DNA of 64,000 nt from a virus. Below the pieces are notes generated by a model. It had not been told where the DNA came from. It was given only the letters and a program-made list of their open reading frames with translations, and searched no databases. The position numbers were made by a program, and so were the translations under genes. Position 1 is the stretch's first letter. The number at the start of each line of letters is the position of its first letter. The DNA lies in the IMG/VR virus record IMGVR_UViG_3300047508_000265, positions 1 through 64,000 of that record; one strand, written 5' to 3'. This document shows, in pieces, positions 35,331 through 45,173 of the stretch.

Positions 35331-37145
35331 TTAGACTTCTGGATGGGCCCCCACTCGGATACGAGATAAGGCGGAAGGCCGAGCAAGTTTGGGATTACGC
35401 AATCTGCACAGCTCTCTCCAACTTCGCACAACTTTTTTTAAATTACTGTCGGGGGCAATCTTCATCGTAAATCCAAAACGTTCCCGTGCCAATGTGACAA
35501 GAATAAAACCCGCATCCGCAATATCGGGACTTCGATGGGTTCTAAATTTCATATCTGTTTTGCTCTCAGCGAAAATTCTTTTCTTAGCGCCAGTGGTTCC
35601 ATACATTCGTATCACCATCTCTTGCGCCATCGCGGGGCATATGCCTTTAAGTTGTGACTGACGAAGTAATTCACGCCCGCTATACCAAATTTCCGAAACT
35701 CTATCATGATATTTTTCTTTGGCTGGAGTTGAATCAGTAAGGCTGACTGGAAACTCGCTAGCACTACCACCAAAGTTTACGCGAAGTATCAGAGGAGACC
35801 ATACAGTAGCTACCACATCACAAAATGGATTACCCGCCCCCGTATTATCTACTCCGCAATTATAAGGCGGAATATCTCGTTTCTCGCACTGTTCTTTTAA
35901 CTGTCTGGCAATTTGAAAAGATCGTTCTTCTTTTGTGTTAGTGACATCTTCGGTTAACTCAAGGTATTCATCAAACTGTAATACTTTCTTTCCTTCTTTA
36001 TCCTGACCCAAGGTTCCAAAATATAAAATTGATCGATCGCCGCCATTCGTAAATCCGGGATCCAAGGCTGCTATACGAATAAGCGGAGAATCCCCCCAAA
36101 CAGCGGGCTCGTCACCCTTAAACTTCACAATATCAACTTGTGAATAAATCAAATCGGCTTGACCCATAGGCGAAGGGAAACCGCGAATCATACGCCAGAA
36201 ACGCAGGGAATTTGCACCACCCTCAGACGCTAGCGCCGCATCAATCTTCTCTTGGGTTGGAAGAAACGACAGTCCCGTATTTGGCGCCTTATAAATTACC
36301 TCAGGAATGTTAGGCGATTTCATTCCATCTAAATGCAAGGCGATACCGTATTCAGTTTCCCAGCGAGTATCCTCTACAGTGATAGAAGTCCAACCAGCTT
36401 TCGGTTTCCAGATTCGAGCAAAGCTATCATAATAAGAGGCTGGATTCGCCAACCCAATCACTTGATACTTGGGATTTGAAGAAAGATTTCCACCGGGAAG
36501 CGCATACTCTATAATTGACTCAGGCAATTCTGTAAGCTCATCCGCCACTACAATCACCTCATCTTGGTGTTTTCCAATCAACTTTCCAATCGCCTCTTTT
36601 TCCTGTTTTCGTTCACCAGCGATTAAGCATAGACAAGCCCGCTCTCCCGCCTTAAACGTAGGTGAATTGTAACGAATTATGCCGGTTGCCATAGCTTCCA
36701 ACGGCAAAACCCCCTTTGGAATTGCATGAACGAAGTCTACGGCAGAACCCCAAATACGTTGTTTCGCCTCCTTTAGGGAAGTGGATATGGCAAAACCAAG
36801 AGTACGGCGAGCATTAGATAAATACTTTACAAGCAACCACAAAGCCGCGGTTTCTGATTTTGTCGAACCACTGGCGCCGCCAACAGCAACATATTTGTAG
36901 GAGCACAATTCATCCACAATATCCTCGGACCAAGGATTTTTGATGAAGTATTTGGAGGTATTGTGAACTGGATTATTAACGCCCCAGAGATAAGCCACAA
37001 TCTCCCAAAAATGTCCCGCCTGCCCAAGACCACCCTGTTCTTTAGTTCGACCTATTTTGAAGCAATGCAAGGCTATGTCGAGATTTGTCCACTTCTGGGG
37101 AAACATCAATCCATATTTTTGTCTGCGCTGCATTCCCTGTATCAT
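35331..37145 (-). CDS. terL: terminase large subunit
   Basis: Walker A variant GGASGSTKS, Walker B VIVVADE, coupling motif GLANP, nuclease AALDPG and SPDIADA. Confidence 0.88.
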   Translation of the reverse strand: MIQGMQRRQKYGLMFPQKWTNLDIALHCFKIGRTKEQGGLGQAGHFWEIVAYLWGVNNPVHNTSKYFIKNPWSEDIVDELCSYKYVAVGGASGSTKSETAALWLLVKYLSNARRTLGFAISTSLKEAKQRIWGSAVDFVHAIPKGVLPLEAMATGIIRYNSPTFKAGERACLCLIAGERKQEKEAIGKLIGKHQDEVIVVADELTELPESIIEYALPGGNLSSNPKYQVIGLANPASYYDSFARIWKPKAGWTSITVEDTRWETEYGIALHLDGMKSPNIPEVIYKAPNTGLSFLPTQEKIDAALASEGGANSLRFWRMIRGFPSPMGQADLIYSQVDIVKFKGDEPAVWGDSPLIRIAALDPGFTNGGDRSILYFGTLGQDKEGKKVLQFDEYLELTEDVTNTKEERSFQIARQLKEQCEKRDIPPYNCGVDNTGAGNPFCDVVATVWSPLILRVNFGGSASEFPVSLTDSTPAKEKYHDRVSEIWYSGRELLRQSQLKGICPAMAQEMVIRMYGTTGAKKRIFAESKTDMKFRTHRSPDIADAGFILVTLARERFGFTMKIAPDSNLKKVVRSWRELCRLRNPKLARPSALSRIRVGAHPEV

Positions 37146-37157
37146 ATCACGAAAGGC

Positions 37158-37192
37158 TTGACTTTCATCCCAAAATTTGAGATAATAGAAGA
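37158..37192 (+). promoter_or_regulatory. rightward promoter TTGACT-17-GATAAT
   Basis: At the divergence point; 21 bp identical to 43436-43456. Confidence 0.75.
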
Positions 37193-37394
37193 CACTTAGA
37201 AATGAACTATTTTATCGCAGGATTTCTCGTTGGTGGTTTTTTCGTATTATTTTTCTGGATAATTAGCGATTTACGAAAATGATTAAATGTTTCTTTCATA
37301 TACACAAATGGAGCTATTTTGTCGATGGCAGCGTAAGACAATGTAGACGATGTGGTAAGTGGCAATATCAAATTTTTACACGATTACGTTGGGT

Positions 37395-37835
37395 ATGATA
37401 GCAATTGATCCAGGACAGTCCGGCGGGATAGCCTCAAATGAAGAGCCCGGCGATATCGTCGCGTGGGCAATGCCAAAAACCGATAGAGAAATAGCAGATC
37501 GTTTGAGCCCCGGGGCAAATCCAATAGCTTATCTTGAAGACCTTGTAAAATTTACAGGTAGAAATATGCCCTCCTCAGCTATGGCGGTTTACGCTTCTAA
37601 CTGGGGGTTTATCAAAGGAGTGCTAACGGCAAGAGGTTTTCGTATAGTAATTATACATCCCAAAACATGGCAGAAAGCTCTCGGCCTTGGGACTACAAAA
37701 AGCCTCTCTCGAACAGAATGGAAAAATAAATTGAAACAAAAAGCAGAACAACTCTATCCAAAAATCAAAGTGACTTTGGCAACGGCAGACGCTTTACTAA
37801 TTCTTGAAGCCGCCCGAAGAGGTGCCCTAGGATGA
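37395..37835 (+). CDS. ruvC: RuvC-like Holliday junction resolvase
   Basis: IAIDPG.SGGIA, LED, P.TWQK, ADALLI. Confidence 0.85.
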   Translation: MIAIDPGQSGGIASNEEPGDIVAWAMPKTDREIADRLSPGANPIAYLEDLVKFTGRNMPSSAMAVYASNWGFIKGVLTARGFRIVIIHPKTWQKALGLGTTKSLSRTEWKNKLKQKAEQLYPKIKVTLATADALLILEAARRGALG

Positions 37836-38125
37836 AAGTCTTATTTATTGGGGGACAAATGGATGGGTATCGTCGAGATTGGCCCGCTTCCCGAGACCAA
37901 ATAGCGAATTTCGCCATTCGTTGTCCGGGTCCATTTAATGCAGCTTTTGCAACAGCGCACTGTGATCAAGCAGTTAGTTTTAAAACTGATACATATACTC
38001 TTCGACAATTCGCAGAAGGCGACAACAGGTATTTCGTTGCAGCGCATCCAAGCGTCAAGAATACAATGGAGAAGTTAATCAAGGGCTACCACGGTCACCG
38101 ACATGGACGATCAAGGCGAGTATAG
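37832..38125 (+). CDS. hypothetical protein (LFIGG..DG family)
   Basis: ATGA-coupled; common small phage N-terminal motif. Confidence 0.6.
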   Translation: MKVLFIGGQMDGYRRDWPASRDQIANFAIRCPGPFNAAFATAHCDQAVSFKTDTYTLRQFAEGDNRYFVAAHPSVKNTMEKLIKGYHGHRHGRSRRV

Positions 38126-38315
38126 GGCTTACAGGAAGCAGACAGGTTGGGGGAAGGGTGACGTCCAGAGGCCCCGACAAATTAGTAGAAAAGAGTTCGA
38201 GGATAACTGGGATTTGATAGACTGGGGAAAAGTACCAAGACGATCACAAAGCTTTCTTAAATCTTCTCATGCGCCCGCGGAATCAGATGCATTTCGAAGA
38301 GCGACAGGCAAATGA
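38103..38315 (+). CDS. hypothetical protein (GKGD..RP....F..NWD.I family)
   Basis: Common small phage motif. Confidence 0.6.
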   Translation: MDDQGEYRAYRKQTGWGKGDVQRPRQISRKEFEDNWDLIDWGKVPRRSQSFLKSSHAPAESDAFRRATGK

Positions 38316-39049
38316 ACCATAGCTGCATTGTTCGATCTCATGGGGCAGGGCTGTTCTCAAACATCAACAAAATTCTAGTATGTTCGAGAATTTACGATCA
38401 TGTGCATGTAGATTGGAGTGTCGTTGATCACAATGACGCCGCATACAAATACGGAGGTAGTTTTTACGGCGATTGCTGGAATGTTTTATTCGAACCAACT
38501 ATTGCGCCCGATCCCCCATTCGATTCGATTTGGGAATACCCTTTTTACGAAATCACGGCTGGCTGTGCGGGCGTCTTATACCAAAACGAGCAATGGAATT
38601 GGAGACAACGATACAACAACGAATGGAAAAAGCTCACCTGTAAAGTGCAAGGGCTTCCAGTCGAGCCTAATACCGTGGGAGTCTTGATTCGTAGTGAGGC
38701 TCTTGGAGGCGAACAACTTTCAGGACGAAGTCCTACACTGGAACAATATGCTGCGTCAATCGACAAAAACGCTAATCTGTTCGTTGTATCAAGCGATCAA
38801 GAAAGTCTTTCATGGTTTTGCAATCAGTATCCAAATACGAAATTTACTGAAGGGATTAAACGAAATGCCAAACGTTCCGATCGAGAACAGCACATTCATA
38901 TTCCGCAAACTAAAGAGGATGCAGTGCAGGTAATGCAAGAAGTGCTAACTCTAGCAAATTGCCAAACCCTTGTCCATCCAGTTTCAAATATGGCAACCGC
39001 GGCGCTCTATATGAATTTGAATCTGAAAAGTATTTTCGTAAAATCATAA
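38312..39049 (+). CDS. NodZ/O-fucosyltransferase-like glycosyltransferase (GT-B)
   Basis: GAGLFS; GVLIR (motif I); FVVSSD (motif II); EV..LANC..L....SN (motif III). Confidence 0.65.
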   Translation: MNHSCIVRSHGAGLFSNINKILVCSRIYDHVHVDWSVVDHNDAAYKYGGSFYGDCWNVLFEPTIAPDPPFDSIWEYPFYEITAGCAGVLYQNEQWNWRQRYNNEWKKLTCKVQGLPVEPNTVGVLIRSEALGGEQLSGRSPTLEQYAASIDKNANLFVVSSDQESLSWFCNQYPNTKFTEGIKRNAKRSDREQHIHIPQTKEDAVQVMQEVLTLANCQTLVHPVSNMATAALYMNLNLKSIFVKS

Positions 39050-39051
39050 TC

Positions 39052-39696
39052 ATGCTCAACCTATCTAACATAACTTTAGTGTGTTTTGAGGCACGGCATT
39101 TCAAACGGGCTCTAGCATTCATGAATGACATGTTAGACTTCGCAATCTGGGGCGGCATGCGTTGGTACAACCATCATGATAGCTACAAAGATTTTTGGTA
39201 TTCTGAACTAGAGGCCCACAAAATCGTTCATACATCTCACATGATGTATACCCATTTGGATGGGTTTCCTGTTAACTCGGAAGTATGGGACCCAAAATGG
39301 TTGGAATATGACTACATTGGCGCACCTTGGCCTGAAGGTTGGCAACCTTATCGAGTAGGAAACGGCGGCTTTTCTCTTAGAACTAAAAAATTAGCGGCAA
39401 GATTAGAAGAATTATCGCAGGGACAGACAGATATCGTAAATGATATTCTTGTTAGCGTTACTCATAGAAAACAACTAGAACGAGAGGGCTTCAAATTCGC
39501 ACCAATCGCAGAAGCAGCAAAATTTTCTGTAGAATTTGCAGTAGCTGAGACCCCCAAAAAGACTTTTGGTTTTCACGGTTATTGGCCAGACCCTACGCAA
39601 ACCCCTCCACCATATTTTACTCTCAGCGGCTGCATGATTCCTAAACCCGATGCAAAAATTGATAGTTGGGATTTCTTTTGCAAAACTAAGAAATGA
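39052..39696 (+). CDS. DUF5672 putative glycosyltransferase
   Basis: DG......W...WLEYDYIGAPW...VGNGGFSLR...FS.E....FGFHG. Confidence 0.8.
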   Translation: MLNLSNITLVCFEARHFKRALAFMNDMLDFAIWGGMRWYNHHDSYKDFWYSELEAHKIVHTSHMMYTHLDGFPVNSEVWDPKWLEYDYIGAPWPEGWQPYRVGNGGFSLRTKKLAARLEELSQGQTDIVNDILVSVTHRKQLEREGFKFAPIAEAAKFSVEFAVAETPKKTFGFHGYWPDPTQTPPPYFTLSGCMIPKPDAKIDSWDFFCKTKK

Positions 39697-40556
39697 ATAT
39701 TTACCATCATTCCGGCGATATTGGTGACGTAATCGCAAGCATGCCGGTTATGCGCGAATTGGGCGATGGTAAACTAATAATCAGTGAAACCTCTTACCCG
39801 CCAGGAAAAAATCCAGCAAGAAGCATGCGAGGAAAAAGATTCGAAGCACTGCAGCCAATGTGGGAAGCCGCGCCTTACGTCACTTCAATCGAATGGCAAG
39901 ACCAACCGAAAGGCGTTACTCACGACATCGGAAGATTTAGAATGGAGGCAGCATGGACAGCAGGGGAAACCTTATACCATTGGCAAGGCAGAGCAATGAA
40001 AGTGAACTTGCCTGAAGCGCCGCAACGATGGCTGCATGTCGAGGTTCCATACCATGATATGATTGTAATTGGCCGCACTGCCCGTTATCATACTCCTCAC
40101 TTTCCTTGGCGATTGATAGTTGAAAAATTCCATAACAACCTTTTATTTCTGGGTCTGCCGGAAGAATACAAAGCTTTTCGGGAAGAGTTTGGCAAAGTGG
40201 AATACCAGCTCACCAAAGATTTGCTGGAAGCCACCAAGATTATCGCAGGCTCCAAGTTATTTATCGGCAATCAATCTGTTTTGTTCTGGATAGCCGCGGG
40301 GCTCGCGCATCATCTGATTCAGGAAACCTTTCACCAAATCTATTCACACGATTCCATAGTGCCAAGGCGGAACGCCTTATATGTCAATTCTGCAGAAGAT
40401 CTGTTATTGGTACATACGACCTTGGGGCTCAGCACAGACTGGCTGAAAAAATACAATTTCCCAATTTCATCCCGCGTCAATCTCACCACAAGCGCAGGCG
40501 ATCCCAGAAAAAACTTAACCACTTCCGCCGAGATATTTGAACTACTAAACTCATGA
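39693..40556 (+). CDS. GT9/heptosyltransferase-like glycosyltransferase
   Basis: HSGDIGDVIAS.P N-terminus; I.GSKLFIGNQS...IAAGL. Confidence 0.7.
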   Translation: MNIYHHSGDIGDVIASMPVMRELGDGKLIISETSYPPGKNPARSMRGKRFEALQPMWEAAPYVTSIEWQDQPKGVTHDIGRFRMEAAWTAGETLYHWQGRAMKVNLPEAPQRWLHVEVPYHDMIVIGRTARYHTPHFPWRLIVEKFHNNLLFLGLPEEYKAFREEFGKVEYQLTKDLLEATKIIAGSKLFIGNQSVLFWIAAGLAHHLIQETFHQIYSHDSIVPRRNALYVNSAEDLLLVHTTLGLSTDWLKKYNFPISSRVNLTTSAGDPRKNLTTSAEIFELLNS

Positions 40557-41209
40557 AAGCTGTTACTTATTTTAACGAAGTGGAAAGTTTACACGATCCT
40601 GCCCTGCTTGAATTATGGAAAGCTTCATGGGCAAAGTTTGGATGGGAGCCCGTGGTGCTTACTATCAAAGATGCCTTGGAAACTGACCCCGATATGGTGG
40701 AACGTTTTCAGAAATCTCCTCTACTAAAATCCCATCCCGGAAATCCATCCGGTTATGTTTGGGCTTGCTTAGTACGCTGGGTAGCGCAACTTAAAATAAA
40801 AGAGCCAAGCCTGCTGCTGGATTGGGATGTTATATGTAACGGATACAAACCAGAAGACGCACCGAAAGAAACTAACGATTTTAGACCCGTATTTCTAGCT
40901 GGTGGTTTATGTCCATGCGCAGTTGCAGGAAGACATATGACTTGGCAAATGATTTGTGCTTGGCTAGAATTCGCACCCTTTGCCCCAAACTTTAGCACAG
41001 AAGCTTTGGCGAAAGACAACGCAGACCAATATGCTATTGCTTACGTAATGCCTAAAGAATGGGCGATCGTCGATCCAAAATCTCCTTGTATAGCATATCA
41101 GAACGAAGGCTGGAAAACAGCGCCAATGATTCATTTCCCAAATCAAGTAACAAGCTATCCGAGAAGTGAAGTAATTAAACATGAATTAGGGATATTAGGG
41201 AACAGTTGA
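40553..41209 (+). CDS. putative GT-A glycosyltransferase (DxD)
   Basis: LW..SW...GW.P.VL; C..RW; LLDWDV; DQ; IHF. Confidence 0.55.
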   Translation: MKAVTYFNEVESLHDPALLELWKASWAKFGWEPVVLTIKDALETDPDMVERFQKSPLLKSHPGNPSGYVWACLVRWVAQLKIKEPSLLLDWDVICNGYKPEDAPKETNDFRPVFLAGGLCPCAVAGRHMTWQMICAWLEFAPFAPNFSTEALAKDNADQYAIAYVMPKEWAIVDPKSPCIAYQNEGWKTAPMIHFPNQVTSYPRSEVIKHELGILGNS

Positions 41210-41697
41210 AAACTCCTTTAAAAATTCTAGAAAAGAATAAACGCTGGCGACTGCGGCATCCGGTTCAAGTAAAAGCAATAAACCAAAGCTATTATTCAAA
41301 AAATTCTAGAAAAATAAAAGCCAAGGTTCGTAGATACAAAAAACAAAACAAAAAGAAAGTAAACGCATCCAACAAAAAATGGCGAGCAAAGAACAAAACA
41401 AAAGTAAAAGAAATAGGCCGAAAATACTACTTAAAACACCCCGATAAGGCAAGAACAAATTGCGTTAAAAGACGAGCCTTAAAACGAAAAGCTACAATTG
41501 GTGATTTAACAGAAATCGCCAAAATTTACGCCCGCGCCAGAGAGCTTAGACAATGGTTTAATGTCGTAGTTGATCATAAAATTCCTCTTTCAAAAGGCGG
41601 GGCGCATTCACCCGAAAATTTACAAATTATTTACGCTTACGAAAACGCTCAAAAACACAACAGTTTAACTTATAAACCTAAAATAATTTTCAAATGA
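41206..41697 (+). CDS. HNH homing endonuclease, family A
   Basis: VVDHKIPLSKGGAHSPENLQIIYAYEN. Confidence 0.9.
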   Translation: MKTPLKILEKNKRWRLRHPVQVKAINQSYYSKNSRKIKAKVRRYKKQNKKKVNASNKKWRAKNKTKVKEIGRKYYLKHPDKARTNCVKRRALKRKATIGDLTEIAKIYARARELRQWFNVVVDHKIPLSKGGAHSPENLQIIYAYENAQKHNSLTYKPKIIFK

Positions 41698-41897
41698 TCC
41701 CCGAACTTAAAATCACAGAACGGGAAGATTATATTTGGTTCCGCATCCCTTGGCGCAATTGGTACATGAGGTGTTGCAATTGCCATCTGATACACAGAAT
41801 TAATCACAAACTTGTTAACGGAAAACTATTCTTGCAGGCGATCAGAGAAGATGAGCTAACAAAACAAAATGAGAATACTAAAAATAACTTGGCTTGA
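41694..41897 (+). CDS. hypothetical protein (CC.C.L.H motif)
   Basis: ATGA-coupled to the HNH stop. Confidence 0.6.
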   Translation: MIPELKITEREDYIWFRIPWRNWYMRCCNCHLIHRINHKLVNGKLFLQAIREDELTKQNENTKNNLA

Positions 41898-42108
41898 CAG
41901 TATAAGAAACGGAGGATGGCAATCTAACCAAGCATATTGCGATGAAGCAGACTACAAGGGCCTTCTTCATACTTCAGTAGGCTATGAAATACAAAACGCC
42001 ACTCACTCAATCCTTCTCGCCCAAAGCAAAGCAGAGCACACTACAAATATTTGTGATACAATTCAAATTCCAAAAAGAACTATTATCAAAATCAAAGTTC
42101 TAAAATGA
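41869..42108 (+). CDS. conserved small phage protein (I.W.DS...GW...SVG...IP)
   Basis: Recognisable motif string. Confidence 0.65.
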   Translation: MRILKITWLDSIRNGGWQSNQAYCDEADYKGLLHTSVGYEIQNATHSILLAQSKAEHTTNICDTIQIPKRTIIKIKVLK

Positions 42109-43358
42109 CGCCACTTTTTTCAATCCAAAAAACGCACGTAGCAAAGCTACAAAAAATACTTGATACACACTCGGCAGTCCTTGATTCCTCAGATTGTGGA
42201 ACGGGGAAGACATATGTCGGAGCAGAACTAGCTCGACTTCACAAAGGTCCAGTTCTAGTGGTTGCGCCTTTAGCAACCCTTCCTTTCTGGCGAGCTATTA
42301 TGAAGGATCGCGGAGTTCCTGCGGGCTTCATAAATTATGAGAAATTACGCACTGGTAGAACTGAATTTGTAAAGAAAGAGCCAATGCTGTGGAAATGGCA
42401 GCTTTCTAATTCGGCTATGATTATCTTTGATGAGGCGCATCGCCTCAAATCAAGAGACTCCATTATCAGTAAAATCGCCATCGCTGCCAAACCTTACAAG
42501 AATATTTTCCTTAGCGCCACGATAGCAGAGAACCCTCTACACCTTCGCGCTGTAGGATTTCTGCTTGGCTTACACAATCTCAAGAACTATTGGAATTGGT
42601 GCCGGATTTTGAAATGCGCTCCAAATGGTTGGGGCGGTCTTGAGTTCACTGGAGGTCAAAAAGAACTGCAAAAACTCCACGCACAAATTTATCCCGAACA
42701 CGGCGATAGAATTTCCCTGACTGACATGGCTGACCTGTTTCCTGAAAACCGAATCGTCTATCAAAAAATAGACTTCGGCGATAAAGGAAAAATTCAGGCG
42801 TTATATGAGGAAATGGAAGCAGAGCTTACCGCGCTCAAGGAAACAGCGGAACAAGATAGCAAGGGCGCAGAGGCTTTAACTATCCAGTTGCGCCAAAGGC
42901 AAAAAACGGAACTGCTGAAAGTTCCGATGTTGGCAGAACGAGCACAAGATTTAGTAGAAGAAGGAATGTCTGTAGTTATCTTCTGTTGCTTCCGAGATAC
43001 TATTCGCGCCTTGCAGCAACGCCTTCCCAACGCACCAGCGATAGAAGGAGGCCAGAAACCTGAGGAACGGGAACGAATTAAGCAGGATTTTCAATCAGAC
43101 AAAACCCCAATCCTTCTCTGTAACGTCGCCGCCGGAGGCGCGGGAATCTCACTTCATGGAACCAAACCACGAGCAACCCTGATTACCCTTTCTTGGACTG
43201 CCCCTGACATCAAACAAGCTCTGGGACGAACACATCGGGCTAAAGGTTCGTCCTCTATCCAGTATATTTTGACCTGCAGCGATTCAGTGGAAGAACAATT
43301 GGAAGTCGCAGTACGACAGAAACTTGCGAATATTGAAACACTAAATGTTGGAAATTAA
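42105..43358 (+). CDS. SF2 DNA helicase
   Basis: GTGKT, DEAH, SAT, AGG.GISL, QALGRTHR. Confidence 0.9.
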   Translation: MTPLFSIQKTHVAKLQKILDTHSAVLDSSDCGTGKTYVGAELARLHKGPVLVVAPLATLPFWRAIMKDRGVPAGFINYEKLRTGRTEFVKKEPMLWKWQLSNSAMIIFDEAHRLKSRDSIISKIAIAAKPYKNIFLSATIAENPLHLRAVGFLLGLHNLKNYWNWCRILKCAPNGWGGLEFTGGQKELQKLHAQIYPEHGDRISLTDMADLFPENRIVYQKIDFGDKGKIQALYEEMEAELTALKETAEQDSKGAEALTIQLRQRQKTELLKVPMLAERAQDLVEEGMSVVIFCCFRDTIRALQQRLPNAPAIEGGQKPEERERIKQDFQSDKTPILLCNVAAGGAGISLHGTKPRATLITLSWTAPDIKQALGRTHRAKGSSSIQYILTCSDSVEEQLEVAVRQKLANIETLNVGN

Positions 43359-43421
43359 CTGCTTATTTGTAAAAATACTTTTGTGTTATATGCGCTTTTG
43401 TAAAATTTAATCACAATAATA

Positions 43422-43456
43422 TTGACTTACAGGTTAAAATTTGAGATAATAGAAGA
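43422..43456 (+). promoter_or_regulatory. promoter TTGACT-17-GATAAT
   Basis: Shared 21-bp element; start codon 9 nt after the -10. Confidence 0.75.
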
Positions 43457-43459
43457 ACA

Positions 43460-44674
43460 TTGAAAACGGATTTAGACGGGGCCGCAGAAGAGTCAGAGTT
43501 GCAGAAACCTTCTCAACTTGAAACTGTGGTTCCCGAACGAATAGATGAAACAGGACAAGCACATGCCACCTTTCCGCCTTCTCAACTGTCGAATTTCGAG
43601 AAATGTCCTGGCTTTAGAAATCGCCCCAGCGCGGAATCAAGTAACCCTGAATCCGCGGCCAAGGGCACACGAATCCATAAAGCACTGGAGAAAGATGCAG
43701 TTGACGACTTAAAAAATGAAGAAGAAAAGGGGCTCGCGCAAATTCTTAAAGATTACATAGATGGCGTTATTCAAGAAAATTTACCTACCCTCCCTTCGAT
43801 TGATCGGCGTGAAATCAGACTCACGATGGATTTGGGCGGAGGACTTAAAACGTTTGGAACCTGTGATCGTATTCTTATCTACGGTACCAAAGGACGAGTT
43901 TTTGATTACAAAACGGGTTTTCGTGAGGTGGCTGATGCGGAGACAAATGCGCAAGCGTGGAGCTACTCGTTAGGCAGCTTTCAAAAATACGACTACTTAG
44001 ATGAAATCAAATTCACCTTTCTCGTCCCGCAAAGAGACGAAGTCCTCTCTCATACTTTTAAACGATCAGACATGCCAGATATTAGGCTTCGGCTCAACAC
44101 CATTATCCGCCGCGCTATGGCAATTGACTGGTCAAAACCCGTCGATCCTAAAAAACTTAATCCTCAACCCTCGCTTTGCGAGTGGTGTAAATATCAAGGA
44201 ACCTGCCCTGCCCTAGCCGAAAAGGCATTGAAAATTGGCGCTGCCCTCCTCCCCGGTCTCCCAGTGCCGACATCAGTGCTCGTAGATGCCAGCCGTCCGA
44301 ATGATATCCCCCTCATTCTGCGGCTGGCACCTCTCATGGAGGAATGGGCCAAGAATGCACGGCAGACCGCACTCAAGCTGAATATGGAAGAAGGGTTAGA
44401 TATTCCTGGCTTCAAGCGCATCGAGCGATCTACACCACGAGCGGTTACTTCCGTAGTGGGCGCATGGGAGGCCATAAAAGATAAAATCGGATTGGACGAT
44501 TTCTTAGCCGCTTGTGCCCAAGTATCCGTGCATCAATTAGAGCAGATGTTCGCCGATCAAGCGAAGCGAGGTGGCAAGGCGAAAGCGAGACAAGACCTCG
44601 AAATCAGATTGCGTCAAGCTGATGTGCTACGCGATCAGGGAAAAATTTATTATTTACGAGAAAAAAAATCATGA
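43460..44674 (+). CDS. PD-(D/E)xK Cas4-like exonuclease (DUF2800-like)
   Basis: H..F.PS......CPG; GT.IH; FGTCD...VFDYKTG; Q...Y; C.WC.....CP. Confidence 0.85.
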   Translation: MKTDLDGAAEESELQKPSQLETVVPERIDETGQAHATFPPSQLSNFEKCPGFRNRPSAESSNPESAAKGTRIHKALEKDAVDDLKNEEEKGLAQILKDYIDGVIQENLPTLPSIDRREIRLTMDLGGGLKTFGTCDRILIYGTKGRVFDYKTGFREVADAETNAQAWSYSLGSFQKYDYLDEIKFTFLVPQRDEVLSHTFKRSDMPDIRLRLNTIIRRAMAIDWSKPVDPKKLNPQPSLCEWCKYQGTCPALAEKALKIGAALLPGLPVPTSVLVDASRPNDIPLILRLAPLMEEWAKNARQTALKLNMEEGLDIPGFKRIERSTPRAVTSVVGAWEAIKDKIGLDDFLAACAQVSVHQLEQMFADQAKRGGKAKARQDLEIRLRQADVLRDQGKIYYLREKKS

Positions 44675-44868
44675 GCAAAGCAAATTCATCAATTCAAATC
44701 GGCCCCAGCGGATCAATGTTACTTACAATCGTATTCGTATTTTTAAAAGTACTCGGATACATTACTTGGTCTTGGTGGTGGGTTTTCTCGCCACTTTGGA
44801 TTTCCGCAATTATTGGACTCTTAATTCTAGTAGCAGTAATCGGATTAGCACTATGGGCCGAGTCATGA
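44671..44868 (+). CDS. small membrane protein (LK..G.I.WSWWWV.SPLW family)
   Basis: Common phage TM motif. Confidence 0.7.
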   Translation: MSKANSSIQIGPSGSMLLTIVFVFLKVLGYITWSWWWVFSPLWISAIIGLLILVAVIGLALWAES

Positions 44869-45173
44869 AATGAGCCCACGATACAATTTCTTAGTGTTTA
44901 TGATTCTGTTAGGATTAGACTTCGGTCGATCTTACGCAGGTCTATTCGCTACGATAGCAACAGGAATCCTCTTAATAGTCGATATCCTGCCAAGTAAACC
45001 CAAATGAAACTACCTAACGAAATATTCGTAATCAAAGAAAAAGACGGTAATGATTCCTATCTGATCGCCTTTAATTCATTGGATGAAATTCCAATGGACC
45101 AAAATGGTGATTCAGTAGGCGTCTACCAGCTTCAAGAAACCCGAAAATTAAAAGTAACAACTGAATTAATCTA

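Noticed and set aside
43460-44674. Cas4-like protein as evidence of CRISPR-Cas
   Set aside because: No repeat-spacer array or other cas genes seen; it sits in the usual helicase-exonuclease-SSB-polymerase module.
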